Source: ANME-2 cluster archaeon
Lineage (GTDB): Archaea > Halobacteriota > Methanosarcinia > Methanosarcinales > Methanocomedenaceae
Direction of reading: 5' to 3'
NCBI GenBank assembly: GCA_023544495.1
Contig: JAMJFV010000002.1
Location: forward strand, 1-34,660
DNA length: 34,660 nt
Shown here: in pieces, positions 33,872 through 34,660 of the stretch
How positions within the stretch are numbered: the stretch's first letter is position 1
Layout of the letters: each line of letters begins with the position of its first letter
The notes under the pieces: generated by a model
Told to the model about the DNA's origin: nothing
The model's input: the letters and a program-made list of their open reading frames with translations, nothing else
The model's database searches: none
Program-made: the position numbers and the translations under genes

Positions 33872-34228
33872 ATGATAAAAGTGGCGATTGTAATTTTAGC
33901 AGATATAGAAACGCATGAAGATACGGCAAGAGTTCACAATGCACTTCTTGCAGCAAAAGAATTCAAAGATGCAAAAGATGAATTTAAGCTCATCTTTGAT
34001 GGAACTGGAACCAAGTGGATTAAAGTGCTTTCTAAACCTGAGCACATGTTTCATGAACTATTTGAATCATTAAAGGGCAATTCTACCGAAGTTTGCAGCT
34101 ATTGCGCAGGGGCTTTTGGGGTCAAAGAGAGTGTAACGGCATCCAGCATTCCTCTGATAGAAGAATATGAGGGACACCCGAGCTTCAGGGAACTGCTGTT
34201 GAAAAGTTATCAGATAATTACATTTTAA
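33872..34228 (+). CDS. DsrE/DsrF-like family protein
   Basis: 118 aa. IKVAIVILADIETHED..R..NAL..A.E........KLIFDGTGTKW, with a later CSYC. The layout resembles small DsrE-fold proteins. This is a recollection-level match only. Confidence 0.6.
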   Translation: MIKVAIVILADIETHEDTARVHNALLAAKEFKDAKDEFKLIFDGTGTKWIKVLSKPEHMFHELFESLKGNSTEVCSYCAGAFGVKESVTASSIPLIEEYEGHPSFRELLLKSYQIITF

Positions 34229-34319
34229 AATAGCCAGTAGCACTTGTTCTGCATCTAGAGACATTCTCAATAACATTTATATGAAATAACATCTGTAATT
34301 GATATGCGGGGAATTTATT

Positions 34320-34481
34320 ATGTATAAAAAAGTGATAATACCTTTTTTAATCCTGTTCTCTTTCCTCATAATGGGATGTGTGGAAAAGACCCAAAACCCT
34401 GAGACTAAGGTTGTCAAGGAGAGGGACTTCTGGTTTGCGTGGTATGCATTCCATCCAGATACCACGATTTACTCAAGATAG
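34320..34481 (+). CDS. Small lipoprotein, hypothetical
   Basis: MYKKVIIPFLILFSFLIMGC has a signal peptide and lipobox. The ATG at 34320 is preferred over the track start at 34299. Confidence 0.4.
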   Translation: MYKKVIIPFLILFSFLIMGCVEKTQNPETKVVKERDFWFAWYAFHPDTTIYSR

Positions 34482-34544
34482 TACCTCACATGCAATGCAA
34501 TCAGGTAGATTAACATCGAAACCAAAAATCTCTGGAGCTGGATT

Positions 34545-34660
34545 ATGGTTAGTGACTCTGAAATAAAGGAAATATTGGAAAACTACAAAAATGTGGCAGT
34601 TGTGGGTCTGTCGCCTGAAAAAACAAAGTACAGCTACATAGTGGCTGAGTACCTGAAGGG
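34545..34660 (+). CDS. CoA-binding domain protein (YccU-like), 5' part; runs off the window
   Basis: MVSDSEIKEILENYKNVAVVGLSPEKTKYSYIVAEYLK matches the start of CoA_binding_2-type proteins (IAVVG.S....K.S..V..YL). Confidence 0.6.
   Translation, partial: MVSDSEIKEILENYKNVAVVGLSPEKTKYSYIVAEYLK

Noticed and set aside
16279-34660. Calling block 2 a mobile element or integrated provirus
   Set aside because: I found no integrase, transposase, terminal inverted or direct repeats, capsid or replication genes, and the tRNA gene is 11 kb away from the boundary. Only the compositional shift and the TA relic are supportable.

Overview
This is an archaeal chromosomal window, most consistent with Methanosarcinales or ANME-like Euryarchaeota. 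Supporting markers are CDP-archaeol synthase, archaeosine tRNA-guanine transglycosylase, a PGF-CTERM sorted protein, an FrhB-type F420 oxidoreductase and iron-sulfur flavoproteins. The window falls into two blocks.

Block 1 (1 to about 16.3 kb) is visibly GC-richer and holds mostly housekeeping genes:
- a CcdA plus thioredoxin lipoprotein cluster
- carS, pyrE, tgtA and a GT2 glycosyltransferase
- tRNA-Gln and a threonine-synthase-family enzyme
- a translationally coupled operon of membrane protein, unknown protein and B12-radical-SAM enzyme
- a double-domain U32 protein coupled to a DNPH1-like gene
- a YHS-ferredoxin-FrhB fusion

A roughly 1.1 kb AT-rich, essentially non-coding stretch (16.28-17.37 kb) follows. 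It contains a decayed hicB/hicA toxin-antitoxin pair.

Block 2 (17.4-34.7 kb) is AT-richer and dominated by redox and Cys-rich proteins:
- two DUF2769 proteins, each next to or near a rubredoxin-fused FMN enzyme
- a TauE/SafE permease and an FNR-like reductase
- two tandem iron-sulfur flavoproteins and a flavodoxin
- a cytochrome P460-like lipoprotein, a DsrE-like protein and two HTH regulators
- several unlisted micro-ORFs with strong Shine-Dalgarno (SD) sites
- intact aconitase and aldehyde dehydrogenase genes
- gene relics: citrate synthase, ClpP, an aminotransferase and an MTH865/AhpD-like junction

I found no CRISPR array, rRNA, transposase or integrase. The best candidate for an undescribed system is the recurring DUF2769 / rubredoxin-FMN-enzyme module and the minus-strand cluster at 25.0-30.0 kb. 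All homology calls come from reading the translations by eye. None has been confirmed by a database search.
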